A DNA stretch of 62,927 bases, filler included, from Ministeria vibrans ATCC 50519 (lineage: Eukaryota; Protista; Filasterea): NCBI GenBank assembly GCA_943704425.1. It is 8 parts of 8 records of this genome, joined end to end, with 100 filler letters (N's around TTAATTAATTAA, not from the genome) between each part and the next. Parts side by side here need not be neighbours in the genome. Positions count along the whole stretch, not along the records: positions 19,251 to 34,892 come from CALSCP010001444.1; positions 34,993 to 39,190 come from CALSCP010002427.1; 6 more parts are not named here. One strand, written 5' to 3'. The position numbers and the translations under genes were made by a program. Of this stretch, positions 27,188-39,190 are shown one piece after another. A model generated the notes under the pieces. It was not told the DNA's origin, made no database searches, and saw only the letters and a list, made by a program, of their open reading frames with translations. How positions within the stretch are numbered: position 1 is the first letter of the stretch; every line of letters begins with the position of its first letter.

Positions 27188-28805
27188 TTACGTGAGGACA
27201 GTCACTCTGAATGCCTCCCATCATGTTGGAGCGTTGCGTGTTGAGAGCCATTTGGTCAATGGCGTTGAGGCGCTCCGAGTCGCTCGTGAAAAAGCCTGTT
27301 TGACGTAATTGGGTGCTCATGGGCAGCGCACAGAGAGAGAGTACACGAGAGAGGGACGACGAGCGGTTCACATGAACATAGCGAAACCCATGCCAGGTGA
27401 ACTCAGGTACATAATGATGGGTACGGTTGCTGTGCACACACACGATGCGATCGCGCTGCACTGCGACCTGAGGCGCACACGGTCCGCCATTGCCACTCTT
27501 GATTTGCCCCGCAGTGCTCGTCAGAGGGTTCACCGAACCATTGGCAAAAAGAATTTCACCGTAAAGCAGCTCAAAGGTGTCGCCGGCATGGTGGCAGTAG
27601 ATCGTCGCATTCACAACACCCGCCATGTTGCGCGTCGCGTCGTAGACGCCTGTGTCAACCCCTACTTCCGCCATGGGGATGGATTCAATGATGCGTGTGG
27701 GCTCTAGAGGTCGTGCATGAATGCGTGTGGTCACTGGCAGATCTACACGCACGACTGGTGACGATTCCGCAGAAGTGGACGTGTTGCGACCCAGTTCGAT
27801 TTTTTCGCCAAGGTAAACGTTGTTGAAGAGACGCGAGCCGTTGCGTGCGGTCCATAGTCCGTCGTCGGCATTGCTCACAATCTGCTGACTCGAGCCGTCT
27901 TGGTACACGACGGAGAAAATGCATGCGACGGCAGGGAGACCCACACTCGCAAGATGGTCACGGATGTTGAGGTGTCCCCAAAAGCGAAGCGGGAGCGGAT
28001 TGAAGAAACCGTTGCCCAGCTCCAGTTCGAGGACGTGGTTCTGCTGTTGAGTGGACTCGGTCAGCATTTGCGTAATATTGTAGGTGGCGTAGTGCAGTGT
28101 GGCATTAGGGTTGGTCCAGGCAGGCTCGAGGCGGTCGGGGCTGACACGTTGGGTGTCCCAGAATGACACGACGTAGCCGAGTGCGGTGACATGGAGCCGT
28201 GCCGAGTCGACATGAGAAGGAGGCTGATCAAGCGAGACTCGACGAACAATCACCTGGTTGGGATGCTCGGTGTACATGTCGCATTCGGTGGCGGGCTCGA
28301 CAAGGTTTGAGTTGCGCACAAAGTGTACCTTGTTGTTGTCAAACGCGACTGTCGTGTCAAAGGTCGCCGAGGCGCTGCACGGGCTCACCGCGCCAGGGCG
28401 TAAGTGCGGGTACTCTGTCCCATCGGTAGTATCGTCCCAGAGCGACACAGTCCAGTGGATGGCGGTGGTAGCGGGGAGAGGGGGCGTTTCAATGTTGACA
28501 CTTGTCTGTGAGTGCACCACACCCGAATCCCAGACGGTGATGGCCCCGCTGCGCAGCACCACCTGATAGGCGCCTTGATAAAGCGGGGTGACGGGCGGGG
28601 GAGCAGTTGCAGAGCGAGCCAGAGCCCAGGAGAGGCGAGGCTGAGGGTGATCGACGACCAGGACAGTTCGATCGTTGGGTGTCAACAAATGTTCAATGCG
28701 TAAAAGAGAGGGACACACATGCGACGGCCTCGACACTGCAAATGCGAACAGCTCTGTACTCGCCGTGGTGCGGGTTGCGACGAGGACAAGGAGGAGCGTT
28801 GACAT
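25745..28805 (-). CDS. Secreted alpha-L-rhamnosidase (GH78, bacterial type), with introns
   Basis: Signal peptide; PRLSW, LHVTALG, LELGNGF, LLYGE, PEFTWHGFRYV, IQSDCPH..ERFGYGGD, GLGDW, GATTIWESW, SHNHPMF. Confidence 0.88.
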
Positions 28806-29054
28806 CAAGTTCAGCATTGAAACAACGAAAGTCTGAGACGGCACAAAAGTACTTGAGACAATGGAAAGGGGAAAGGTGTTCTCGCGCGATCACGTCTGTC
28901 GTTGTTGGTGTTTGTCTGTCCTGATAAGGCGCATAATACAAATTCGAGTGAGGACTGTGAGGTTTCTACTTTTTATTAATTTCATTTTTCCTAATAATCC
29001 TTAGTCCTTCAATCTTTCACACACACTTTTTTATTCTTTCCTCCTTCCTTTATC

Positions 29055-29259
29055 ATGTCGGACGACGAAGGCGACTATGACGACGAAAACGTCCTTGATG
29101 ATGACCACGACGCCATGGACGACGTACGACCAACTCAGAGAAAAAGAAAAAAAAAAAAAAAAAAAACTGACCNNNNNNNNNNNNNNNNNNNNNNNNNNNN
29201 NNNNNNNNNNNNNNNNNNNNNNNNNNNNNNNNNNNNNNNNNNNNNNNNNNNNNNNNNNN

Positions 29260-29356
<97 letters not shown>

Positions 29357-29852
29357 CGGAGTGTGTGTGAGAGAGAGAGAGAATGATTTCTCATTGAGTG
29401 TTGTCTCTGTAGAACGACATGGACGACGAAATGGGCGTGGAGTTTATCAATGGGGAGGATGGGGTTGTGGTAAGGGAGAAGAGTGGGCGCTGAGGTCCGC
29501 TGGAAGTGATTCTTTTTCGCCCTGTTCGAGTAGCGACGTGCACAGACGACCAAGGAGAAGACGACGACTCCCTACATGACGAAGTACGAGCGCGCTCGTA
29601 TCCTGGGCACGCGTGCTCTACAGATTAGCCTTGGCGCACCCGTTTGCTGTCAGCTAGAGGTGAGTTGTGGGAGAGATCATATCGCCATTGTCTCACACGA
29701 GATGCACAAATCATTGTTCGCAGGGCGAAACGGATCCTCTTGAGATTGCGATGAAGGAGCTGAACCAGAACAAAATACCCATTATTATTCGAAGATATCT
29801 TCCTGACGGATCACACGAGGACTGGAGTGCCAGTGAGTTGTTAATTCCTTAA
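29055..29852 (+). CDS. POLR2F: RNA polymerase I/II/III subunit RPB6
   Basis: Acidic N-terminus; [22 protein letters not shown]; [34 protein letters not shown]. Confidence 0.95.
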
Positions 29853-30118
29853 TGATACACAGTTTTTTTTTTACCACAAAACAAAAGAAAAGAAAAAGAG
29901 TCTTATTGAGGTTCCTTTTGCAACGCCCGCGAGTTGTCTTGTAATCGAGCGTGCGTTGGAGTTCAACCAGAAATGTAGAGCGGGGCGACAGGGCAGGGCG
30001 GCCCGCCAGTTTAATCACTCGGATTCATACAGCTGGCTTGTGACTGGCCTTTCCCTCAACGCACCTTTCCCTCGGTAGACGCTCAGGGGCGACAGACAGA
30101 CAGGACGGCCAACTAGTA

Positions 30119-31624
30119 CTAGGGTTCATACAGAAAGGCAGGGTGGGGCGACGAGGGGTTGTGACCGGCCTTCCCTAGGGTAGATACTACGGGGCGACAG
30201 ACAGGGCGGCCAGTCTTGGCGTGAACAATCTCGCAGGAATGCTGGTAGACAAAGGCAAGTCGGAGTGTGTCAATGAACACGTGGCGGTATGAAATTTGAA
30301 AACCGTAGTTGGTAAAGATGACGTTGGCAACTGGTGCCAAAGAGGATAAGGCGGAAGACGATGCGCTGGGGAGGAACGCAGTGCGCCAGTTCCACTTGGC
30401 CTGCGGATCACCCTGCATGCCAAACGGTTTGCGCACTCGAGTGTAGGCAATGGCAGTACGAGGGAACATTGTACATGAGGAGGATCTGCTAGTGAGAGCA
30501 ATATTGGCTGCAAGGTTGTGCCATTTCCAGACGGGGTGAGTCGAGAAGACGAGACCGGGCAATCGCCAGGCGTAGGTGACGCCCGCCCTGGACACAGCCA
30601 CGAGCATCGATGAACCATCGCCCTCATCGATGTATGCATGGAGGGATTGCCGCACATAGTCGTGGTGGATGGGGCTATCGGAGTGTGTGTGTGCCAGGAG
30701 CATTTGCCGATAGTTGTCGTCGTCTGACCGGTTGGTGTCGTCTTGCGCGTTGACATACGAGTCTGTCACGATGCACCCGGGCGAGTCCATGTCAAGCCAC
30801 AAGCAAAACGTATATTGATTGATAACTCCTGGTGATTCGACGCGTTGGAAGAGCGCGATCCGAGGGTCGGTCACTGTCGTTGCTGCCAGAAACAATGCAT
30901 CGTGACTGAAACACACATTCGAAATGGCTCGCGAGAAGACGCGAGGAAGACTCCTGTACACGAGATTGACGGTGTCTGGAGCAATCGATGTGACCATAAT
31001 GGCACCAGAGCTAAAGGCACCCGCAAGGTAGAGGCGACCAGCGACCTGTTGATAATTGAATAGGCGTGCTGCTTCAAACGCGCGGGGGTGTATCCACTGC
31101 TGATGGTTGCATGAGAACTCCCAAAAAGCGTCCATCCCCGAAGGAACCATACAATAAGCAATTTTCACCTTGGCTCCCTCGATGTCAAATGCGAGTTGGT
31201 GGGGATGGCGAAAGCTCGACGACACCGAGCGAAAGAGGTCTGAGTACAGAGCGATGTACTCTTCACGACTGTGTGTCGGTGCGGTCGGCTCAAAGAGATG
31301 CAGCGCGCGTCCATGACGACGCCACAAGATTGAACAGGCATGGCCGTCTACAAAATCACGCCAGGCGCGCGACACAGCGCGAATACGAGCGAGTTGTGTG
31401 TCAGAGAGAAAACGAAATATGTGGACAAGAATTTCAGCCGGAAAATGAACCAACAGATCAAAGGTGACGGTGCGAGAGAGCAGGGCAACGTGCCGAAGAT
31501 CACTCAACTGGCTCTTTGTACCAAGCAGCTCGTCAAGAAACATGCGTCGCTCTCCAGCAGATAGTCGGTCGCGAAATGTTGCCAAAGTGGTCTCTTGCCA
31601 GCTCCTCACATCAAATGGTTCCAT
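30119..31624 (-). CDS. F-box protein with a divergent C-terminal region (possibly beta-propeller), intronless
   Basis: FDLLVHFPAEILVHIFRFLSDTQLARIRAVSRAWRDF..LWR. Confidence 0.75.
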   Translation of the reverse strand: MEPFDVRSWQETTLATFRDRLSAGERRMFLDELLGTKSQLSDLRHVALLSRTVTFDLLVHFPAEILVHIFRFLSDTQLARIRAVSRAWRDFVDGHACSILWRRHGRALHLFEPTAPTHSREEYIALYSDLFRSVSSSFRHPHQLAFDIEGAKVKIAYCMVPSGMDAFWEFSCNHQQWIHPRAFEAARLFNYQQVAGRLYLAGAFSSGAIMVTSIAPDTVNLVYRSLPRVFSRAISNVCFSHDALFLAATTVTDPRIALFQRVESPGVINQYTFCLWLDMDSPGCIVTDSYVNAQDDTNRSDDDNYRQMLLAHTHSDSPIHHDYVRQSLHAYIDEGDGSSMLVAVSRAGVTYAWRLPGLVFSTHPVWKWHNLAANIALTSRSSSCTMFPRTAIAYTRVRKPFGMQGDPQAKWNWRTAFLPSASSSALSSLAPVANVIFTNYGFQISYRHVFIDTLRLAFVYQHSCEIVHAKTGRPVCRPVVSTLGKAGHNPSSPHPAFLYEP

Positions 31625-31805
31625 AGCTCGCACTTGAAGGTGCACGCACACTGGCAATCAATCCAAAGAGTACGTGCGCTAAAGAGAACGAGAAAATCTG
31701 ACCTGGCTTTGTGAATACTGAATAGTGACAAGTGTTAATGTGTTTAGTATGATAATCGACTGATTTGTCACTCGAGTCTTTGATAAATCACCTTTTTTGT
31801 TGGCC

Positions 31806-32988
31806 ATGGATCTCGTGGCTCCTATGGTCACCTTTATAGGGATAGTAAACGATGCCGCGAGCGAAAGGGCCAACGAATGGGATGTGGATGCGTTTGGAAA
31901 AGCGATGCATTGGGCGCGCGAATTCGAACTCGGCTTTCGTCTCAATTCAGCCACTGGATCGGCCGCGTCCGTCACCGAACTCAACCACAAGCTTGCTGCG
32001 GCCTTACGCAAACACCGCGAGCAACAGAGCGACACGCTTCAGCTCCCCCTGTGCCGCGACGAGTTTGAGAACGCAACGCGTTTCCTCTTTCGCACTCTTG
32101 CGTCGAACAAGTCACTCTCTGCCGAGGCCTTCTCGCGTCTCTTTGCGTCTCTTGCGAAGATGGATGATACCAGTCGGCAAGCATTCTTAGATGTAAGCAA
32201 CACGCAGAGTGAGACGAACAAGACAGCGACTCGTTGAAACATCGATACGTTTAGGCGATTTGTGAAGTGAGCTGCACTCGACCGTCCTTTTTTCACGCAT
32301 CCGACGACAACGGCTCTCAGTGGACCAGTCAATCGTCCGGAGCCCGTTCCTTTGCACGCTACCTGGCCTTGTCGTTTCGGGGAACGGGCCGTATTGTCTC
32401 CTCATCGTTGTCAACCGACGGGGCACTCAGACCACACGAACGATTTCAGGCGGTCACACGATTACTAAAACGAGCAGGCGAGGCGCCTGCTGCTGCAGGG
32501 CTTGTAAGCAACAATGACATGGCGCCTGCAATAGTTTTCATGTTTATTGTGCTATTTTTTTTTTTGTGTGTGTGTGCGTGTGTGTATTTGTGTTGTTGTA
32601 GGTGCTCATTGGACACGCACTATTGTGCGACTGCGACGCATGGCTTGTCGAATCGCCTGAGGCGATGGAGAGTGATGAGTGTGTTCAAATAGTGCTTGCA
32701 TGGCTGTTGCGAGGTGAAGGGGGTGCGCGTGTGGGTGTGTTGATGGACGACGACACCAACGGCGTGCTCATGGCTCGACTGTCACTTGCCTATCTCAGTG
32801 TGTGCCGTGTCTACCTTGCCTATCTTGAAGATGATTCCCGTCCAGTCAAAGCGATTCAAATACGACTTACTAGTGTGCGTGAGGCTACTCTTGCTCTGGA
32901 CAAGCCCATTGTGTGGCGCGTCTTTCAAGCTTCATCGAAACTGAAACGCAACATGCCTTCCTCTCAGTCTGACGGGGAGGACCAGTGA
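31806..32988 (+). CDS. Fanconi anemia group F (FANCF)-like protein, 3 exons
   Basis: N-terminus EWDVDAFGKAMHWAREF resembles FANCF W-D-x6-A-L-x-W-A-R; LFRTLASNKSL; C-terminal LMARLSLAYLSVCRVYLAYL. Confidence 0.6.
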
Positions 32989-33296
32989 TGATTATTTCTT
33001 GTTTTTTCAAACTTTTTTTTTTGCTCTCACCACCCTATACTTTGTGTTCTCTCACTCACCCTGCTCAATGAATATGTCTTGCGACTAATTTATAATTATT
33101 CGTGATAATAATATTTTTGAGGTAGGTGTTCTATTGTAGAAAATTGTAAAAGACGTGATAAGTAACAGTCTTATTATTAATATTATTAATCAGTTAAGAG
33201 GGTTTGTATTTTTGTAACAAATTAGTTTCAATTAGGCACATAAAATAAAAAGAAACGACCCAGAATAATGAAAAGGAAAAGAAATTAAATGAGAGC

Positions 33297-34576
33297 TTAA
33301 AAGGTCATGACAACATCCGTTGTGAGAGCATCGACAATGGCGGCACGGGTGGTCTTGACCTCGCTGAGGACATTGGTGTGACCCACAAGCACCACCAGGG
33401 CGGCGGCGCCCTCGCACTGCTTGGCGAGAGTGCCCGAGTAGGTCATGGCCTGCACATGCGGGTCAATGTGTGTCACGTTGAAGCCCAGCAACCGCAGCTC
33501 CTCCACCACTTGACTTGCGGGGCTCTCACGTGTGTCTGCCACATCGGGCTTGTACGTCGCACCCACCGCCACCACACGGTGCTTGTTTGCCGAGAATTCA
33601 GTGCTAGCGTCCGCGCCCACCGATGCCACACGAATCGCCTCTTGAATCTGAACAACATTATTTTGAAGAGCGTCAGCGGAGCCACAACAACAACAGCAAC
33701 ACAACAACAAAAACAATAGTAATAATTAAAATATTTATTTTATTATTGCTGTTGCTTACGCGCTTGGCTGTGCGTGAGGGCATGGCATCGTTGACAAGAC
33801 GTGCAGTGCGAATGAGATCAGAGTTCTTGGGATCGGCATGAACGATGAACCAGGGGTCAATAGGAATGCAGTGGCCACCTGAAAAAGTCACAATGTTCAT
33901 CAAAATAATTATTAGAATTATAATTATAATAATAATTAATATTATATTTGTACCAACGCCAATGCCAGGAGAGAGAATGTTGACACGGGGATGGTGGTTA
34001 GCAAACTCGCGAGCGGTGGAGGGGCATGCGCCCAGGTTGGTTGCAATGGTGTGGAGCTGGTTGGCCAGGGCAATGTTCACGTCACGGTAGGTGTTTTCCA
34101 TGAGCTTGGTGAGCTCGGCTGTGATGTCGTCTGTCATGAGAAGCTTGCCGTCGACCACCGTTTTGTAAAGGTCGGCAACCATGTTGCGTGTGGTCTCGTC
34201 CGCAGCACCAATGATACGGTCGTTGTGCACGAGCTCCTGCATCAGGGTCGCTCCGGGCAAGATGCGTTCGGGACAATGTGCCAGGTGAAGATTCACACCA
34301 ACCTTGAGGCCAGACTTCTCAAGGATGGGTGTGAGCACGTCACGACACGTACGCGGCGGCACGGTGCTCTCAAGAATCACCAAGTTGCCAGCCTTGACAA
34401 AGGGCACAAGCGACTCGGTCGCCTTGCGCACCGCTGTCAGGTCCGCCTCAGTCGAGTCGCGAGCGAGCGGGGTCGGCACGGCAATCATAAACACGTCGGC
34501 AGCGCACGGGGTCGTCTGAGCCGTCAAGTTTTCGCGAACCACAGGTTCATCATAGACCTCTTGCAGAGAGCCCTCC
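33297..34576 (-). CDS. wecC: UDP-N-acetyl-D-mannosamine dehydrogenase-like (WecC/Cap5O) nucleotide-sugar dehydrogenase; 5' end missing, two internal introns
   Basis: [92 protein letters not shown]. Confidence 0.87.
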
Positions 34577-34892
34577 TATATAAAGCACACAGATAAAAAT
34601 AAAAAATAAAACCAGATGAATGAGATGAAAAATTGACTGTGGCAAGAGAGAGAGACCAAAACAACATGCACAGCATGTGAATCAACGCGCCCTTCAAAAA
34701 AGATCAGTCTGACCCGATCAAATCAGACGGCGTCACTGAAGACAAGTCCGCCCACCCTCCCCCTTCCTTTGTACACTCCACTCCTTCTCCATCGAATGCG
34801 CTTTGAGTGTGCAGTGGCAGAAGAGAGAGAGAGAGGAAAAAACTTCGTTTTCGGAGACGGCGCTAAGGTCAAGTTGGCTGACACGCGCGATG

Positions 34893-34992
34893 NNNNNNNN
34901 NNNNNNNNNNNNNNNNNNNNNNNNNNNNNNNNNNNNTTAATTAATTAANNNNNNNNNNNNNNNNNNNNNNNNNNNNNNNNNNNNNNNNNNNN
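34893..34992. other. Artificial contig linker
   Basis: N44-TTAATTAATTAA-N44. Confidence 0.97.
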
Positions 34993-35056
<64 letters not shown>

Positions 35057-35195
35057 AAGTGATATATAGATAGAGAAAGAAACAAAGTGATATATGGAGA
35101 GAGAAAAAAAGTGAGATATAGAGAGAGAAACAAAGTGATATAGAAAGAGGTATATAAAAAAGAACAAAACAAAAACAAAACAAAACATCACGCAC

Positions 35196-35789
35196 CTGAG
35201 GATTCTGGGTGGCTTGCAGCTGCTGCGCCGCCTGCTGTGCCTGCGCCTCTTCCTTGCGCAACGCCTCCTGTTCTTCTTGGTGTCTGCGAAACTCAGCCTC
35301 TTGACGCGCCAGCGCATCTTCCTCGTCGCGCTGCTGCTGCTGCTGCGCCTGTTTGACATTGACGACCTTAGCAAGCGACACCGTTTTCTGGTTGGACGCA
35401 AATGCCTGCGGAGTCGCCGTCTGCTTCACAACGGGGGCCGGGGCCGTAGCCATGGCCGCGAAAGGGTTGTAGTCGTCAACCTCGACCACGGCGGTCGTCA
35501 TGGCGGACGGCGTGGCGGCGGTGGCGGACTGGACGGACGGATCGCTGAAAGGATCGGCCGTTGCGGCGTCCTCAGCGAACGGATTCGACCTGCGGAGGGA
35601 CGAGAGCGCGTTGGAGGCACGCGTGTGAGAGCCATCGACAGAAGGGGTGTGTGTGTGTGTGTGTGATGGCGAAGAGGGGAAGGTCCCACAAAAAACGAAT
35701 CATTGCCCGAACGCAACTGTCTTTCTGGATCAGCACGATCCACACTGGTGAAATCAAATGCAGTACATTGGGCCTTACCAGTCAGACAT
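35196..35789 (-). CDS. Secretory carrier membrane protein (SCAMP), N-terminal exons only
   Basis: Spliced MSDW|SNPFAEDAATADPFSDPSVQ, DDYNPF, coiled coil LARQEAEFRRHQEE. Confidence 0.8.
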
Positions 35790-36067
35790 CTGCAATGTGA
35801 ATTAAAAAAATTATTTTGAATTTTCTAACAGATCAAGAAGAACACAAGAAGAATTCATTCTGAATATTGTCGAACGGTGGAGGGGAGAGGCTGTCAGGCT
35901 GATGCCTGATGAGCGTGCCGGCGTGGCGTGACTTTGTAATCTGGCATTTAATAATTTACCATTTGAGAATAAGAGAGCGCACAGTCAATAATGTCAAAGA
36001 GAGAATAATACTTATTAAAAGAGTAATAATTAAAGGTGTATCAGATTCGCAATGATGAAACATTCCT

Positions 36068-37444
36068 TCATCGGCCCCACGCAGATCGACGACGAGCAGG
36101 GGCTCGGCGACGTGTAGGGGCTCGGCGACGCGTAACGGCTCGGCGACGTGTAGTCGGTGCACGGCGTCTAGAAACGACAGGTGGAGCACGACGACGAGCA
36201 ACGACAGGTGGAGCACGACGGCGGGTGTTGCTGCCCCAAGTTCGGCGACGAGCAACGGGTGCACGACGACGAGCAACGGGTGCACGACGACGAGCAACGG
36301 GCGCACGACGACGAGCAACGGGCGCACGACGACGAGCAACGACAGGTGGAGCACGACGGCGGGTGCTGCTGCCCCAAGTTCGGCGACGAGCAACGGGCGC
36401 ACGACGACGAGCAACAGGCGCACGGCGACGAGCAACGGGCGCACGGCGACGAGCAATGGGCGCACGGCGACGAGCAATGGGCGCACGACGACGAGCAACA
36501 GGAATGGGACTGGCGATGGGACTAGGCACGACGGGAGTTGGTGTTGGAGTCGGAAATGGGGCGGAGGAAGGAGGCGCTGGTGTTGGTGCTGGTGTGCTCC
36601 TGCGTCGGTTTGTCGTCGGTGTGGACCAGCTCAAACGACGGCGGCTTGGACCTGTACGTCGTCGAGAAAACGAAACACCCCTAGCAGCAACAACAGCAAC
36701 ACACACAAAAAAAAAAAACAAAACAAAAAAAATCCACTGAGACTCCATTCCAGAAGGGAAACTTGATGTTTCCTTTAATTTCTGTACCTTCGGCGAGAAG
36801 TAAGGACTCGACGACGAGCCTGACCGTCCCTGCGGCGCGTCGTGCTCCAGCCATTGCGCCGGCGGGGCGCACTGGGGGGGGCCAGGGGGTGCTGGCGGGG
36901 CTGGCGGGGCGGGTGGGGCGGCAGTGCGGGGCACACTGCGCACTGTTGCATCTACTTCGGCAGCGCCGTCCACACCGCCCACTGCCGCCAGTCCCGCATG
37001 CTCAGACAAGCCCACAACGCTCTCTCCAGACCGTTCTGTTGCCTACCACCCCAAGTAAAGAAACAGAGAGTGTTTTAATATGGAGTTTTTTTTTTTTTTT
37101 AGAATTGCACAGATGGCGAAAACAAACGATGTGTGCGCTTGTGCGCTCCATTGATCGATCCAACAGATGGAAAACATGGTTTAATGTGCATTGCCGAGCA
37201 GCGAGCAGCGTATAGTGCCTGACGACGAGTTATGGAAAGCTTTGCAAAAAAATAATTAAGAAGAACTGACGAAAGAGAGAGACAGACAGAGCAGAGGAGG
37301 GAAAGGCGCAGTGCACAGAACAGATGTGAGATAGGTGGGGGAGCAAAGCAAGGGGAGTTGCAAAGCGGCGGTTCTTACGTGCGTTAAGGCAGAGGAGGCG
37401 GAGAAGAGAAGAAGGACAAGAGCAATGACAGGGACTTTGGTCAT
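36068..37444 (-). CDS. Unknown secreted Arg/Pro-rich repeat protein with regularly spaced RRR motifs
   Basis: Exon 1 37444-37379 MTKVPVIALVLLLFSASSALTH|gtaag; intron about 36787-36682 joins TSRR|RGVSFSRRR; terminal exon (xARRRAP)n ending SAWGR-stop. Confidence 0.7.
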
Positions 37445-37712
37445 TGTGAGGAAGGGAATATGGGGCTCTGCTGGGGGGGGGTGGGTGGCCACTGAGAGTC
37501 TGAGACGGTGTAGCAGCACACACAAAAGAACGCAAAGCGCAGAAGAGTGTGACGAACGTGATCAGAGAGAGTCAGAGAGATGACTCACTCACTATGATAA
37601 GAAAAGCTGTATGTTATTATTCGTCTCAACTTCCATTATACAATCGCAAATCAAATTTCCTTCTTTATTTTATTAAAGAATAACAAAATTTCACACATTT
37701 TTTTCCACCACC

Positions 37713-38753
37713 ATGTCAGGCAACGGTTTCAAGTACGACCCCACCCTACAGTCCCTCGATGACACCACTCCCGTCGTGATTTGATTCTCTTCGTTCCTGT
37801 TTCAAACTCCCTCTCTCAACCGTCTCCGTCTTTCCCATTTAGCGCTGCCGGATCACCTATGGGACCCTCTGGCGAGTCCAGTGGGATCAGTGGACAAAAC
37901 TTTTCACCGCAAAGGTTCGAATCAGAAATCGTCTGATTTTTTTTTTTTTCTCTTTTGGCTCAAGTGACCTTCTCTCTTGTGACCATCGCTCTGCGGCTCC
38001 TATCGTGCATTTACGGCGAGCATCACGTCGAAAAAGCGGTCGCCGAGCCTCGGGGCGCCCACGAGGGTGTTCTCGGGGCGCATCTCAGCCGATGGCGGTG
38101 GCGTTTGTGGTCGTCAAAAAAAAAAACTTTCCCCCCGCTCGCCTGCCCTCTGCAAGCACCTTCTGCGCTGCTTCTTCGGCTCGGATCCATTGCAGTGGTG
38201 TCTTACCTCACTCTGGCATGTCGACAACACGCCTCTGGCCGTCCTACTGGCTGGTTCGCTCACTTTTGTCGTTGCAATTTTTTTGGACATGTCGTGTACA
38301 CTCTGCTCTGCTGCGCCTGACGCCCATATGCGCCTGCACTCACCGCCGCATTGTCATTGTTGTTGTAGAAACCGTGTTCTTGCCGCCGGGGCTGCCGCCA
38401 TTGGCTTCTTTCACAAGGATGCCAACAAGAACTTCGACTTGCAGCAGCAGCTGGAGCTGGGCAGCACCAAGGAGAAGCTGGAGGCGATGAAGAACCTCAT
38501 TAAGCTTGTCGCGGTGGGCCATGACGTTTCTCACATGTTTCCGCACGTTGTCAAGAACGTCGTCACGACCGCCATCGAGATCAAGAAACTCGTTTACGTT
38601 TACCTTGCACGCTACGCAGAGCAACAGCCCGACCTGGCGCTTCTCTCCATCAACTCATTCCAACGCGATCTCCGTGGCCCAAACCAGGTAAACAAAAACA
38701 TGCGTATTAATACACGTGTACCCTGTGGTGTCATATGAATGCGTGTCTCTATT

Positions 38754-38804
<51 letters not shown>

Positions 38805-39031
38805 CATATTTAATTGTGCATACGTCTTTCATTTTTGACACTTTTTTATTATTATTTCAGCTGATCCGAGCAAGTGCCCTTCGGGTCATGTCCAGCATCC
38901 GCGTGCCCATTATTGTGCCACTGGTCATGCTTGCCGTGCAGCAGGCGGTCGCGGACATGTCCCCTTACGTGCGCAAACACGCTGCACACGCCATTCCCAA
39001 GATCTACTCATTGGATGCAGACCAGAAGGAG
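37713..39031 (+). CDS. AP3B1: AP-3 complex beta subunit, 5' part
   Basis: [87 protein letters not shown]. Confidence 0.92.
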
Positions 39032-39099
39032 GTAGGACCAATCAAAACACACTTACTGAGAGAAACAGATAGAAACGAATTGATAAGGAGAGAAACAAT

Positions 39100-39190
<91 letters not shown>

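Noticed and set aside
36036-36740. + strand repeat ORFs (GARRRAT..., HDDEQRA...) and the minus-strand LLVVVRP frame
   Set aside because: Shadow frames of the 21-bp repeat; the signal exon and splice sites support the minus-strand RRRAP frame
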